Below are positions 1 through 10,233 of a stretch of 64,000 nt of DNA, in pieces. The notes under the pieces are model-generated. The model did not search any database. It was not told the DNA's origin and saw nothing but the letters and a program-made list of their open reading frames with translations. This DNA is from Thermoplasmatales archaeon. GTDB taxonomy: Archaea > Thermoplasmatota > Thermoplasmata > Thermoplasmatales > Thermoplasmataceae. The stretch's first letter is position 1. The number at the start of each line of letters is the position of its first letter. The DNA is taken from contig DAIDBH010000014.1 in assembly GCA_027310185.1 (NCBI GenBank), forward strand, positions 192,001-256,000. Reading direction: 5' to 3'. A program made the position numbers and the translations under genes.

Positions 1-330
1 GATAACAACTGACAGGAACCCGTAAGGCATCTCAGGTTGAAACTGGAGAACACCATCAACAATCCATAATATACCGAGAACCAGTCTAATTGTGTTAGGT
101 ATTACGCTTCTTTCTTCCTTCCTGAACATCATGGCTATGATTATTGCAGCAAGAATCCCCAATATGGAATAAATCATGGAATATATGTAAAACCTGCCTA
201 TTTCACTTTCTGGAATATAGTAAAATTTAAGATCGAATGAGAAAATTGTAATGACCGGTACAATAAGAACGAGAATGAGGAATATAACTAAAAGTTCTTT
301 TATACTTTTATCTAGCTTAATCTCACTCAT
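1..330 (-). CDS. Membrane protein, partial (runs off window start); DoxX/DoxD-like motif
   Basis: Manual translation from ATG at 330: MSEIKLDKSIKELLVIFLILVLIV...RLVLGILWIVDGVLQFQPEMPYGFLSVVI, open to position 1; hydrophobic helices; R-x-x-x-G-x-x-W-x-x-DG pattern resembles DoxX-type membrane proteins. Confidence 0.6.
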   Translation of the reverse strand, partial: MSEIKLDKSIKELLVIFLILVLIVPVITIFSFDLKFYYIPESEIGRFYIYSMIYSILGILAAIIIAMMFRKEERSVIPNTIRLVLGILWIVDGVLQFQPEMPYGFLSVVI

Positions 331-438
331 GTTTCCTAATAGAACACGTATTTATTATATAGTTACATTATATATCAGGTTGAGACCATATTGGATCTTG
401 ATCGATTATGATCTGATGTTGAATTAAAAGGATGTGAT

Positions 439-831
439 TTGATGGGATGGCAGGAAGCAGAAGTAAGAGAGTTGAAAGTAGGCAGGTACATGATGGTTGA
501 TGAAACCCCGTGTAAAATAATGGAAATTAACCTTTCTAAACCAGGGAAACATGGTGAGGCAAAGGCAAGGATCGTTGCTATCGGAATATTTGATAACCAG
601 AAAAAAAGCGTCGTTTTTCCAGTAAAGCACAAGGTTAAGGTACCCATAATAGAAAAGAAGAATGCACAGGTTCTGAGTGTTGCAAATAATGAGGCACAGC
701 TCATGGATAGTGAGACTTATGAAACGTTTGTTCTACCACTTGAGCCGGATCAGATAGACAAAGTAAAGGCAGGAACTGAGGTATCATATTGGGAAGCAAT
801 GGGAACCAGAAGGATCATGCTGCAGAATTAA
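439..831 (+). CDS. eif5a: Translation factor aIF5A/eIF5A
   Basis: Hypusination motif [10 protein letters not shown]; ~130 aa. Confidence 0.97.
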   Translation: MMGWQEAEVRELKVGRYMMVDETPCKIMEINLSKPGKHGEAKARIVAIGIFDNQKKSVVFPVKHKVKVPIIEKKNAQVLSVANNEAQLMDSETYETFVLPLEPDQIDKVKAGTEVSYWEAMGTRRIMLQN

Positions 832-1697
832 GTGCACTTGCATCACTTAAAAGAATAGCTGATGCTATATTTGACTATGAAGATGCAAAGTACGTAATTT
901 TTGGAGTTCCATTCGATTATACATCTTCCTTCAGGAGAGGATCTTCAAGGGGACCGGCAGAAGTTAGAAGGGCTTATGACAATCTAGAGTCCTTTGACGT
1001 TAATTATGAGGTTGATTTTTCTGAACTTCCAATCTGTGATATAGGTGATATACAGGTAAATGAGGATGCATCTGAAACCGTCGATCTTGTAGAAGAGGTA
1101 ACCTCAATAATTACAAGGGACGGGAAAATCCCGGTAATGATAGGAGGGGAGCACTCCATTACCGGTGGATCTATCAGAAATTTCAGGGATGCGAGCATGG
1201 TGATAATTGATGCCCATTCTGATTTCAGGAATTCATACATGGGAAACAAGCACAATCATGCATGTGTTACCCATAGAGCACTGGATGTTCTTGGAGAAAG
1301 CAGGATATTTTCCTTTGGTACAAGATCAACATCAAGGGAAGAGTTTGAGGATCCAGATTATCATAAAGTGAGATTTGTGTCCGCCGATGAGATCAGGAAG
1401 AAGGGAATTGATGGATGTCTGTCAGAAATTGAAGGCAGATTAAGGGATAAAGTCTATTTTTCCATAGACATGGATGGAATAGACCCTTCCTTCGCACCAG
1501 GTGTGGGAACACCTGAACCTTTTGGGTTAAATGACATTGACGTAAGATACCTCATAAGGAAGCTGGCCAGGAAGATTCATGGATTTGATGTTCTTGAATT
1601 CACGCCGGATTTTGATAATGGAAATACCTCTATGCTTGCAGCCAAATTAATCCAGGACTTTATAGGAAGTAGAGAGACAAAGAAAGAGTTATTTTAA
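789..1697 (+). CDS. speB: Agmatinase (ureohydrolase family)
   Basis: [31 protein letters not shown] motifs; overlaps the end of eIF5A, start uncertain. Confidence 0.92.
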   Translation: MGSNGNQKDHAAELSALASLKRIADAIFDYEDAKYVIFGVPFDYTSSFRRGSSRGPAEVRRAYDNLESFDVNYEVDFSELPICDIGDIQVNEDASETVDLVEEVTSIITRDGKIPVMIGGEHSITGGSIRNFRDASMVIIDAHSDFRNSYMGNKHNHACVTHRALDVLGESRIFSFGTRSTSREEFEDPDYHKVRFVSADEIRKKGIDGCLSEIEGRLRDKVYFSIDMDGIDPSFAPGVGTPEPFGLNDIDVRYLIRKLARKIHGFDVLEFTPDFDNGNTSMLAAKLIQDFIGSRETKKELF

Positions 1698-1771
1698 AAG
1701 TCTCTAAACATATAATTTACAGGAATTTAGGGTACTAGAGAAATATGGATATAAAATGAATTTTAAGATCA

Positions 1772-2344
1772 TTATAGTGGGTTTAGATTTTGCCTTTGAA
1801 AATATTGTTTCACGTGTGGTCTGGTGAAATAATACAGGAAAATGATACCCAAGATCGTTCCTACTGGTATGGCTATTAATGCAAGGACAGAAAAGATCAT
1901 TATAAGTATTCTTGCCCATTCCTTTCCGGAAAACAATGAAATAGATGCAATTAGGAAAAGTGCACCAACAATTATTATAGGTACTCCAATAATAGGAAAA
2001 CCAATAGTAAATATATATCCTATTAAAAGTTCAGGTAAGGAACCTAATATACCAAGAATCGCAAGAATAGTTATTCCTGTTGGTCTGTTATCAACCCTTG
2101 GTGTTGAAGAGAATTTAGAACTCCCGCAATTTGAACATACGGTGCTAGAAAGTGTGTTTGCAGTCCCACAGTTCTGACAATATTTTATTCTTTCACCAAT
2201 AGAACCACCAGTTTGCTGGTTTAAATCTACACCAGATGATGATGGAGCAGCATCAAATTGATATCCACATTGGGTACAGATCGTCGCATTATCGTCCATT
2301 ACTGAACTGCAGTTAGGGCATACTTTCATAAGAGTCACATACAA
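1772..2344 (-). CDS. Double zinc-ribbon membrane protein
   Basis: CPNC..CTQC and CQNC..CSNC ribbons followed by several TM helices; likely ATG start at 2329. Confidence 0.8.
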   Translation of the reverse strand: MYVTLMKVCPNCSSVMDDNATICTQCGYQFDAAPSSSGVDLNQQTGGSIGERIKYCQNCGTANTLSSTVCSNCGSSKFSSTPRVDNRPTGITILAILGILGSLPELLIGYIFTIGFPIIGVPIIIVGALFLIASISLFSGKEWARILIMIFSVLALIAIPVGTILGIIFLYYFTRPHVKQYFQRQNLNPL

Positions 2345-2406
2345 ACTATATTAATAAAAGCTTTCTTTTAGAAAAATATAATTCGGTGGGTTTAGAATAT
2401 AGAAAA

Positions 2407-2937
2407 TTAAATGCCTATTTTCCCTGCTATATCCTTGCCCTTGGTTATTTCTATTCTGCATGGGGTGGGAAGCTTGATTGATGCTTTGTGAAGGGCTTCC
2501 TTCATTTGTTTTGCCCCTTCAGGAGTTACCCTTGCAACCATTATTATATCATTTGCATGAACCCTTGCAGCGGTACCCACAGGCTTTCCGAAAGCATTTC
2601 TCATTCCACTTGAAATCCTATCAGCTCCAGCGCCGGTAGCCATTTTGTGTTCCCTTATAACGTGATGAGGATATGGCCTGATCTGGAAGTAATAATTATC
2701 CAATCCCAAGGATTCACTAACCTTTCTGTTTATTGATATCCTGGCGGCTTCGAGTGCACTGTGCCTTATCTGGCAGCTTTCCTCGGCTATCATTCTGAAT
2801 TCAATTGGGAAATCTCTTTTCTGGTTCCCATGTGTGAATGTTGTTATTTTTGGATAAGGTACTCCTCCCATAAAGTCTCTTCTTGTATAGGCAGGACCTG
2901 ATATTTTTGTATACATTCTTGCTGGCTTTGTTACCAT
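2407..2937 (-). CDS. rpl10e: 50S ribosomal protein L10e (uL16)
   Basis: PAYTRR, QIRHSALEAAR, GAGADRISSGMRNAFGKP. Confidence 0.97.
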   Translation of the reverse strand: MVTKPARMYTKISGPAYTRRDFMGGVPYPKITTFTHGNQKRDFPIEFRMIAEESCQIRHSALEAARISINRKVSESLGLDNYYFQIRPYPHHVIREHKMATGAGADRISSGMRNAFGKPVGTAARVHANDIIMVARVTPEGAKQMKEALHKASIKLPTPCRIEITKGKDIAGKIGI

Positions 2938-3077
2938 TATAATCTATCTGTAAATACTAAGATGTATAAAAATTAATTGAATCCTTCTGGTTTTTTTGAA
3001 TTTGAAAGATATGCTTAAATCTGTCATTCTCCATTTTTTGGAAAATGGCTATTAATAAATAAATCATTCCGGGAAGA

Positions 3078-4199
3078 ATGCGCCATACATCCTTCTCCAT
3101 AGAAACTCCATATATTTTTTCCATATCAACAATACTTTTTTCCATGGCGTGGTTCTGGTTGAGCTTCACATTCCCCTTAAGATTAGTATCCCTGCATTAT
3201 AACTATTTTCAAATCGGTGCAATTGGTACATCTTCATCCCTTCCATTTATTTTGATTTCTTACCTGTACAGAAAATCCGGTAGAACACATCTCAATATAG
3301 CATTGAAGATTCCATATATTGTTCTTATAGTGGCATCTATCCTGTTATTAATGAGGATAGATGATTCAGGCTCTTATCTTCTCATAATAATTTTTACAGG
3401 ATTGTTCCAGAGCATGTGGTGGATTTCAGCGGAAATAGAGACTGGTTTGCTGGACAGGGATGGAATGGCAGAGAAATATTCCGCTGCATGGTCCATACCA
3501 ACAGGAATATTCCCTCTTTTTTCTGGGGTAATGCTGCAGTATATAGGTTTTTATTCAGTATACCTTTTTGTTCTTGCTGTATCCGTTGTTGGGCTTATTT
3601 TACAGCCAATTGACAGAAAGGAGCGTCCAAAGCGTAAAATAATGATGAAACTAAATTACCGGATGGTTCTCCCCATGTCGTTTTCTGGAATAGGTATGGG
3701 ATTTGTGATCTTTGTAATTGTTCCCATCATAAGAACAGGTAACTATTCCTATCTGCTCATAGGCATACTTCTCACCATATACTGGCTGATGTTTGCAGTT
3801 GGCTCAATTGTCGCAAACTTCTCCAGGATATCAAAGCAGAGGAATTTCACCATAATTTCCAGCCTGCTCTCGGCTTTCCCCTTAATCCTGATGTTTGGAT
3901 TTACTGTTCCATTGCTGATCATTGCCCTGGCAATATCGGGATTTGGAAGTAGCATGGGTTTCTCAAAAATACTCAGTTATATTAATAAAACTGAAAGCCC
4001 AAGAGATGGTGTTTTCTTTTATGAGAGCTTTTTTTCCTTTGGTTTTGTTACAGGGACATTTCTTGGTGGATTTCTTGCTTATTTTGTCAGCTTGACATTA
4101 TCCCTCATTGTGTTCATTCCTGCAATAGTTTTTGCTGTCCTGATGATCGTGACCAAAGACTCAGACCCGGTAATTCCTGTTTCTCCCAACCTTGAATGA
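3078..4199 (+). CDS. MFS-type transporter
   Basis: 373 aa, about 12 hydrophobic helices in two halves. Confidence 0.75.
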   Translation: MRHTSFSIETPYIFSISTILFSMAWFWLSFTFPLRLVSLHYNYFQIGAIGTSSSLPFILISYLYRKSGRTHLNIALKIPYIVLIVASILLLMRIDDSGSYLLIIIFTGLFQSMWWISAEIETGLLDRDGMAEKYSAAWSIPTGIFPLFSGVMLQYIGFYSVYLFVLAVSVVGLILQPIDRKERPKRKIMMKLNYRMVLPMSFSGIGMGFVIFVIVPIIRTGNYSYLLIGILLTIYWLMFAVGSIVANFSRISKQRNFTIISSLLSAFPLILMFGFTVPLLIIALAISGFGSSMGFSKILSYINKTESPRDGVFFYESFFSFGFVTGTFLGGFLAYFVSLTLSLIVFIPAIVFAVLMIVTKDSDPVIPVSPNLE

Positions 4200-5288
4200 C
4201 TGGAATTCAGTTTCTCTTCCAGTCCATATACTCTTGCATTTTTTACATTCCAAATCTCCACTATCTTTAATGTAAAATTCCACAGAGTCACAGTGAGGAC
4301 AGACACCTCTGATAAATAGCTGATCCTTCAGTTCCCTTGAATCTTTAAGCCTGTTTTTTTCATTGAATTGGACCTGATTGGGAGTAGATTTTAGTTCAGA
4401 TATTCCATCCTTAACAGTTCCACCTGAATCATCCCTGCTGTTAGTCTCCGTAACTGCAGGTGTTTTTGCATTGAAGAAGAGACTTGATATAAATCCCAGA
4501 AATGCAAACACAAGTATTAGAATGGGGTAAATAATTCCAGTTACGGGCTTTGCAACAAGTTCTATAGAATTTGAGCCGAAAGTGAGGGTCAGCAGCATGA
4601 TTGCCATTATAAGACCATATCTTTTGACAAAGATGAAAAGAATAAGGAATATCATGAAGAAAAATATTATATCATAACCTGTGAATCCATAGAAAATGTA
4701 AAAGAATACTGAAGCAAGTACTGCCGGTATAACGGTGTAAAAATAGTTATAGACATTCCTTTCTTCACTTCCAGTCATTAGTGCCATAAGAACCGGTCTA
4801 TCTGTATCCTTTTGGATTAATGGTATCATTATTATGGACAGGACACCGATCACCAGGGAAAACATTATTGCAGTTTGTTCATAATATGCAGCCAGTCCAA
4901 AGTTTCCGATTAATTTGTCAAGCCCTGGCACCGATGGTGTGACGGATGAGAGAAGGGATAGCATGAGGAAGAGAAACAGAAATCCCTGTGCAATGGGAAT
5001 TCTTGAAAAATTTCCAGTTTTTGAGGGCTCTGGATCACTCCTTGCCAGGTAATATGCTGTGCTTAAGACGGCAATTAAGATAAATATTAATGTGCTTATC
5101 AGGAAGGTTATTCTTGCATTATGGATCAGGAAGAAAAGCGAATCAATTGCATAGGATGAAAAATGTGGCTCTCCCTTTATTACATAATCTAGATAAAGAA
5201 ACAGCGATGTAAGAATTGTGAGTAAAGCAATTACGGAAGCCAGAAGAATTTCAGTTATATTTATTGCCTTCTTGATTTCCATATTCAA
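4161..5288 (-). CDS. Polytopic membrane protein with C-terminal Zn ribbon; degenerate CPBP/Abi-like
   Basis: Many TM segments; C-terminal CPHC..CKKC; segments resembling CPBP motifs but without the catalytic residues. Confidence 0.65.
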   Translation of the reverse strand: MNMEIKKAINITEILLASVIALLTILTSLFLYLDYVIKGEPHFSSYAIDSLFFLIHNARITFLISTLIFILIAVLSTAYYLARSDPEPSKTGNFSRIPIAQGFLFLFLMLSLLSSVTPSVPGLDKLIGNFGLAAYYEQTAIMFSLVIGVLSIIMIPLIQKDTDRPVLMALMTGSEERNVYNYFYTVIPAVLASVFFYIFYGFTGYDIIFFFMIFLILFIFVKRYGLIMAIMLLTLTFGSNSIELVAKPVTGIIYPILILVFAFLGFISSLFFNAKTPAVTETNSRDDSGGTVKDGISELKSTPNQVQFNEKNRLKDSRELKDQLFIRGVCPHCDSVEFYIKDSGDLECKKCKSIWTGRETEFQSFKVGRNRNYRV

Positions 5289-5348
5289 GAATTACGCATT
5301 TGATAATAAATATATCCGCACATTTCCGGCAAGAAATGAAAGAAGAGT

Positions 5349-6086
5349 TTACTCGAGAGACAGGTTAACTCTTGTTCCTACCTTTCCCTTGATCAGGTTT
5401 GTCTTGAGTTTAATCTGACCAACTTCGCTGGAATTCTTTACCAAGGTTCCCATTTCCATCTGGTCCGGCAACCCATTTATTTTGACTATTCTTATCTCAG
5501 GTATATCAGGGACCTTCCCCTTGATTGAGGCCATCAGGGTTTCATTTTTCATGAACTCTTCCTTTGATATGGTGCTATAGGTTGGTTCAACCCCACTCTT
5601 CAGAAGCTGATTCGTCTCAGTTTCCAGCTCTTTTACTATCTCCTCAGATATATCCGGGATTTCAAGATCGATCCAGGCATAATCTTCGTAAGTCTGGTTC
5701 AACCTGTGAGGTGCGGAATATTTTTTGTATGCAAGCCCCGCAAGAATCCTGAGTGCAGTTCTGAATTTCATGTGGTTATATCTTATTGGCCAGTCTACAA
5801 TCTGCTTGATTGTCTTTCCCTTGCTATCACTTGGATATGTATCGTGGGAAATAAGATGTACTCCATCTCCATCGTCCCAGACATCGATTATTTCAAATTC
5901 CTTTCCTTCAATAACTATCTTTCCCTTGTCATTTGGCTGGCCATATGAGGTTGGAAAAAGGATACTGTCATCTACAATAATATCAGTGAACTCATTGAAT
6001 ACTACCTTTCCCTCGCCTTCAACTCTGTATGCATCATCAAGATATCTGTGTACTGTTGGCATGTTCATGGAGATTGCATATTGCAT
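5349..6086 (-). CDS. AlaX-like (alanyl-tRNA editing) protein with degenerate Zn site
   Basis: YLDDAY, FPTSYGQPNDKG, DWPIRYNHMKFRTALRIL, MGTLVKNSSEVG match the AlaX-M layout; start probably 6062-6068. Confidence 0.8.
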   Translation of the reverse strand: MQYAISMNMPTVHRYLDDAYRVEGEGKVVFNEFTDIIVDDSILFPTSYGQPNDKGKIVIEGKEFEIIDVWDDGDGVHLISHDTYPSDSKGKTIKQIVDWPIRYNHMKFRTALRILAGLAYKKYSAPHRLNQTYEDYAWIDLEIPDISEEIVKELETETNQLLKSGVEPTYSTISKEEFMKNETLMASIKGKVPDIPEIRIVKINGLPDQMEMGTLVKNSSEVGQIKLKTNLIKGKVGTRVNLSLE

Positions 6087-6156
6087 ATATTCTTTCTCAT
6101 TGTAAGAGGGACTTTTTCACACAAATAGGACTTAAATTATTGCAATCAATATATAT

Positions 6157-7458
6157 GTGATAAGTCTTACCAATCGCTTGAGAGACGAAAATCTTCAATT
6201 TATATACAGATTGAAAAGGGAGGGGATAAAGTATGACCTTTCCACCATGAGAGAGTTTGATTTATATTTCGGAAACCCTCATAAAGATTTCAAGAGTGCA
6301 CATATTACAGGTTCGAACGGGAAGGGATCCGTTTCAAACATGATTTTTAATGTCCTTAGACTCAAAGGGAAAACTGGATTGTACACTTCACCTCACCTTG
6401 TTGATTTCAATGAAAGAATATTCCTCCAGGACAGGAGGATAAATGATGGAGAGATAGAACATTACATTGATATTTACAGGGATTACATAAATAAGGGAAA
6501 GAGTAAGAACAGGAACCCAACATTTTTCGAGGTAACCACTGAAATGGCTTTTCAGTTCTTCAAAGACCAGAAAGCGGAATATGCGTCCGTAGAGGTAGGT
6601 CTTGGAGGAAGACTCGACGCGACAAATATTATAACCCCAATTGTTTCCGTCATAACACGAATCAGCTATGAACATACTGACAGGCTTGGGACAACCCTGG
6701 AAGAAATTGCAAGGGAAAAGGGTGGAATAATAAAGCAAGGAATTCCTGTCGTGACTGGAGAGGATAAGGCGGAGCCTGTGAGGGTGATAAAAAGGATCGC
6801 AGAGCTCAGGAATAGTAAATATTTGAACAGTTATGAGTATACCAAGGTTTCAGGCATAAAGGTAAAGGATACAGGATCGAGGATATGGATTACAACGCCA
6901 ACAGAAGAGTATAAAATAGACCTGAACCTCATAGGAAACTTCCAGGTAGACAACGCCAGAACAAGTATAACTGCACTGGAAAGTATTGATGAAAATATAG
7001 GCAGGAAAGATGTTGAAAAGGGATTGTCCAATGCCAGATGGCCCGGCAGGATGGACGTGGTTAGGACAAATCCTCTGGTTATCTTAGATTCAAGTCACAA
7101 TCCATCTGCAGCCCAGACATTATCAAGGTCCATAAGAGAAATATACCATAAGAAGCCACTGCTTGTTGTCGGCATGTTATCAGATAAGGATCATTTTTCC
7201 TACCTTCACAACATATCAACATGTGCAGACGATATTATCCTGACCACTCCAGAGGAACCTGACAGGAAGGTAGATCCTGAAAAATTGAAGCCAATGGCAG
7301 AAAAAACATTCAAAAGCGTCAGGGTAATCCATGATCCCATAGAAGCGTACAGGGAAGCTATAAAGGACTCTGATTTCGTGGTTGTGACTGGATCTATGTA
7401 CCTAGTGGGTGCAATAAGCAGATATCTGGGTGAAGATATGTCACCATTCCGGAAATGA
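6157..7458 (+). CDS. folC: Folylpolyglutamate synthase/dihydrofolate synthase
   Basis: HITGSNGKGS, YTSPHL, EVGLGGRLDATN, WPGR, DSSHNP, GSMYLVG. Confidence 0.93.
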   Translation: MISLTNRLRDENLQFIYRLKREGIKYDLSTMREFDLYFGNPHKDFKSAHITGSNGKGSVSNMIFNVLRLKGKTGLYTSPHLVDFNERIFLQDRRINDGEIEHYIDIYRDYINKGKSKNRNPTFFEVTTEMAFQFFKDQKAEYASVEVGLGGRLDATNIITPIVSVITRISYEHTDRLGTTLEEIAREKGGIIKQGIPVVTGEDKAEPVRVIKRIAELRNSKYLNSYEYTKVSGIKVKDTGSRIWITTPTEEYKIDLNLIGNFQVDNARTSITALESIDENIGRKDVEKGLSNARWPGRMDVVRTNPLVILDSSHNPSAAQTLSRSIREIYHKKPLLVVGMLSDKDHFSYLHNISTCADDIILTTPEEPDRKVDPEKLKPMAEKTFKSVRVIHDPIEAYREAIKDSDFVVVTGSMYLVGAISRYLGEDMSPFRK

Positions 7459-7543
7459 ATCTACCTGTGATCAGATATGTTATCAGTTTCGTATTAAAAA
7501 TGCTTTTATGGTAGTCTCAATTATGAGGAGTTACGGTGCACTG

Positions 7544-8770
7544 ATGAATCCATTTGACAAATATGAAACTCAAAATATTGCCCTGAAGGGCGATTTATCT
7601 ATACTTTCAGTCATTCATCAACCTGACGAATTTCCCCATAGGGAAAGCCAGATCAACACAATGGTAGCCTCCCTCAGTGGACTTATCAGGGGCTTTTCTG
7701 CCAATAATTTATTGATTTATGGAAAAACAGGGACCGGAAAGACGTCCGTTACAAGGTATGTTACAGGGATGCTTGAAGAGAAGATAGGCGACAGAGTTGC
7801 AACCTGTTATGTGAATTGCCAGACCTATGATTCACCATATTCCATACTTGTAAACCTTTCAAAATGCATCCCCGGAAGCTCAACAATTCCTCCTTCAGGC
7901 TGGACTCTTGACAGGATATATGATGAACTCGTTATCAAAATCCGGGAGAGTGGAAAGATACTCATTCTTGTTCTTGATGAAATAGATAAGCTGGTAGAAA
8001 AGAATGGAGGAGATTCTCTTTACGTTATTTTGAAGCTGATGGGAGAAGACACAGGTGCTGGTGGGACTATTATAGGCATCACCAACGACTCCTCATTTTA
8101 TGAAAGGCTCGACCCCAGGGTCAAGAGCAGAATGAGCAGGGAATCTGTAATGTTTTCACCATACAATGCAGAAGAACTTAAGGATATTCTTTATCCAAGA
8201 GTCACAAAGGTCCTGAATACAGAAAGCTATGAAGAGGCGGCAATCTCACTCTGTGCTGCCATTGGTGCAAGAGAGCACGGTGACGCAAGAAAGGCAATAG
8301 ACCTGATGAGGATTTCCATTGAGATGGCAATAAGGGAAAGTTCGGACAGGGTTAGTGTTAATCACGTCTACAAGGCTAGAGATACACTGGAAATTGATGT
8401 AATCAGGGAAACTGTTAAAACCCAGCCAACGCATTCAAAGATAGTCCTGCTTTCAGTCATTCTATCGGGAGAGAGGCATCCTAATTCAGCAACAACTGGA
8501 GAGGTTTCAAGCTTATATGCAGATCTATGCAGGGATATAGGTATTCAACCACTTACCTCAAGGAGGGTTAGTGACTACATATCAGAACTCGAGGATTTTG
8601 GAATGATCAATACAACTGTGAAGAGTCTAGGCAGGTATGGGAGAACAAGATATATCAAGATTACTGGCAGGGAAAATGACATTAAGAGATTTATCCTGGA
8701 AGATCCTGAACTCGAACCACTTAAGGATATCAGGGGTACCAGGCAGTTCCGACTGGATGAAAATATATAA
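7544..8770 (+). CDS. cdc6: Orc1/Cdc6 replication initiator
   Basis: Walker A GKTGTGKT, Walker B LVLDEID, HGDARKAIDL, C-terminal winged helix with GRYGRT; ORF track starts at 7430, ATG at 7544 preferred. Confidence 0.95.
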   Translation: MNPFDKYETQNIALKGDLSILSVIHQPDEFPHRESQINTMVASLSGLIRGFSANNLLIYGKTGTGKTSVTRYVTGMLEEKIGDRVATCYVNCQTYDSPYSILVNLSKCIPGSSTIPPSGWTLDRIYDELVIKIRESGKILILVLDEIDKLVEKNGGDSLYVILKLMGEDTGAGGTIIGITNDSSFYERLDPRVKSRMSRESVMFSPYNAEELKDILYPRVTKVLNTESYEEAAISLCAAIGAREHGDARKAIDLMRISIEMAIRESSDRVSVNHVYKARDTLEIDVIRETVKTQPTHSKIVLLSVILSGERHPNSATTGEVSSLYADLCRDIGIQPLTSRRVSDYISELEDFGMINTTVKSLGRYGRTRYIKITGRENDIKRFILEDPELEPLKDIRGTRQFRLDENI

Positions 8771-8785
8771 AAATCAGAGTCCAGA

Positions 8786-9475
8786 TCAGACCTCGATAGT
8801 CTGGTCAATTGACATTATCCTTACCTTGCTTGTTGAATTCCTTTCAACTTCCTTCCTGAACTCTTCTGGATTCTGTTCTATGGCTGGAAATGTTCCATAA
8901 TGCATCGGAATGGCTATCTGTGGCTTGATCATTTCAACTGCTATTGCAGCTTCTTTCGGTGCCATTGTGTAATGTCCCCCTATGGGTAACATTGCAATTT
9001 CTGGATGATACATCTTTCCTATCAGTTCCATATCCATAAAAACTCCAGTGTCCCCTGCGTGATACAGTGTTTTCCCATCCATTTCTATGATCATTCCACC
9101 CGGATTTCCTGCATACTTCCCCTCATATGATGAGGAATGATATGCCGGAACTGCAGTTATTTTGACCTTGTTTATGGTTACAGATCCGCTGTAATTCAAG
9201 TCATGAACTTCCAGGGATTCATCTTTCTCCTTCAATAGCCATGCCAATTCAACCATTGTAACTATGGGTGCCCTGTTCTTCTTTGCAATGAAAAGCGCAT
9301 CTCCGACGTGATCTCCGTGACCATGGGTAATAACAACAATATCGGCTTTTACATCTTCTTTCTTCCTTGTTGCCTTGGGGTTTCCCTCCAGGAAGGGATC
9401 GATAATTATCCTCTTTGAACCTTCTATCTCGAAACAGGCATGGCTGTCCCATCTAATTTTCAATTTTTCTGACAT
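8786..9475 (-). CDS. Metal-dependent hydrolase, metallo-beta-lactamase fold (UPF0173-like)
   Basis: THGHGDHVGD, YHAGDT, LPIGGHYTM, IPMHYGTF. Confidence 0.9.
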   Translation of the reverse strand: MSEKLKIRWDSHACFEIEGSKRIIIDPFLEGNPKATRKKEDVKADIVVITHGHGDHVGDALFIAKKNRAPIVTMVELAWLLKEKDESLEVHDLNYSGSVTINKVKITAVPAYHSSSYEGKYAGNPGGMIIEMDGKTLYHAGDTGVFMDMELIGKMYHPEIAMLPIGGHYTMAPKEAAIAVEMIKPQIAIPMHYGTFPAIEQNPEEFRKEVERNSTSKVRIMSIDQTIEV

Positions 9476-9536
9476 AATTGTAAATATCTTATTTTCTTAA
9501 AAGCTTTCACTTACTGTTACGTTTTTAATATAGTCT

Positions 9537-10160
9537 ATGATACTACTGCGTTTGATTACCATCTACACCATATTGATAGGCCTCATACTTGGAGTTTCAA
9601 TGGCTGCTCCCCCAGGACCCGTCATGACTGTTATAATGAAGAAATCCCTTGGCAGTGTAAAGGCGGGATTTCTTGTTGGAATGGGGGCCATGACGGCAGA
9701 TTTAATCCTGTTGATCCTTGTTCTACTTCTGAAAAATTATGTTGATCTAAAAGCGTATGAACCCTTGACTTTTATTTTAGGAGGGTTATATTTTATTTAC
9801 CTTGCACTTAAAATTCTTAGTGAAGTGATTAATAAAGACGTGGAGAGTAGGTTAGAATCCAGTGCAGATTTCAGTTATTTAAAGGGCCTGTTTACAGGAA
9901 TTCTGAATCCCATGCAGATAGGATGGTGGCTAACTGCGGGCCTCGGTATTATTGAGGCAGATGGAATTTCACCATTCTACTTCTTCTATATTGGAATAAT
10001 CGTTTATGTTTATCTTCTATGCCTGGTGATATACAAAACCCATGCAAGATATCAGGAGAAGGTGAGTTTTGTTGTAAACATATTCAGTATTTTTGTATTG
10101 CTTGGGTTCGGGTCGTATTTTATCTTCTCATTCCTTATCCTGGAAGGATTTCACTTCTGA
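9537..10160 (+). CDS. LysE-family translocator
   Basis: AAPPGPV, GAMTAD, GLFTGILNP motifs; hydrophobic. Confidence 0.85.
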   Translation: MILLRLITIYTILIGLILGVSMAAPPGPVMTVIMKKSLGSVKAGFLVGMGAMTADLILLILVLLLKNYVDLKAYEPLTFILGGLYFIYLALKILSEVINKDVESRLESSADFSYLKGLFTGILNPMQIGWWLTAGLGIIEADGISPFYFFYIGIIVYVYLLCLVIYKTHARYQEKVSFVVNIFSIFVLLGFGSYFIFSFLILEGFHF

Positions 10161-10233
10161 GCTTGAATTCATTATCTCCACGGATATTTAGACAAACCTT
10201 TTATATATTTTTAAAATGAAGCTATGATAAAAG

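Noticed and set aside
7459-7543. Possible replication origin beside cdc6
   Set aside because: Flanking intergenic space is under 100 nt and no repeated ORB-like motifs were seen
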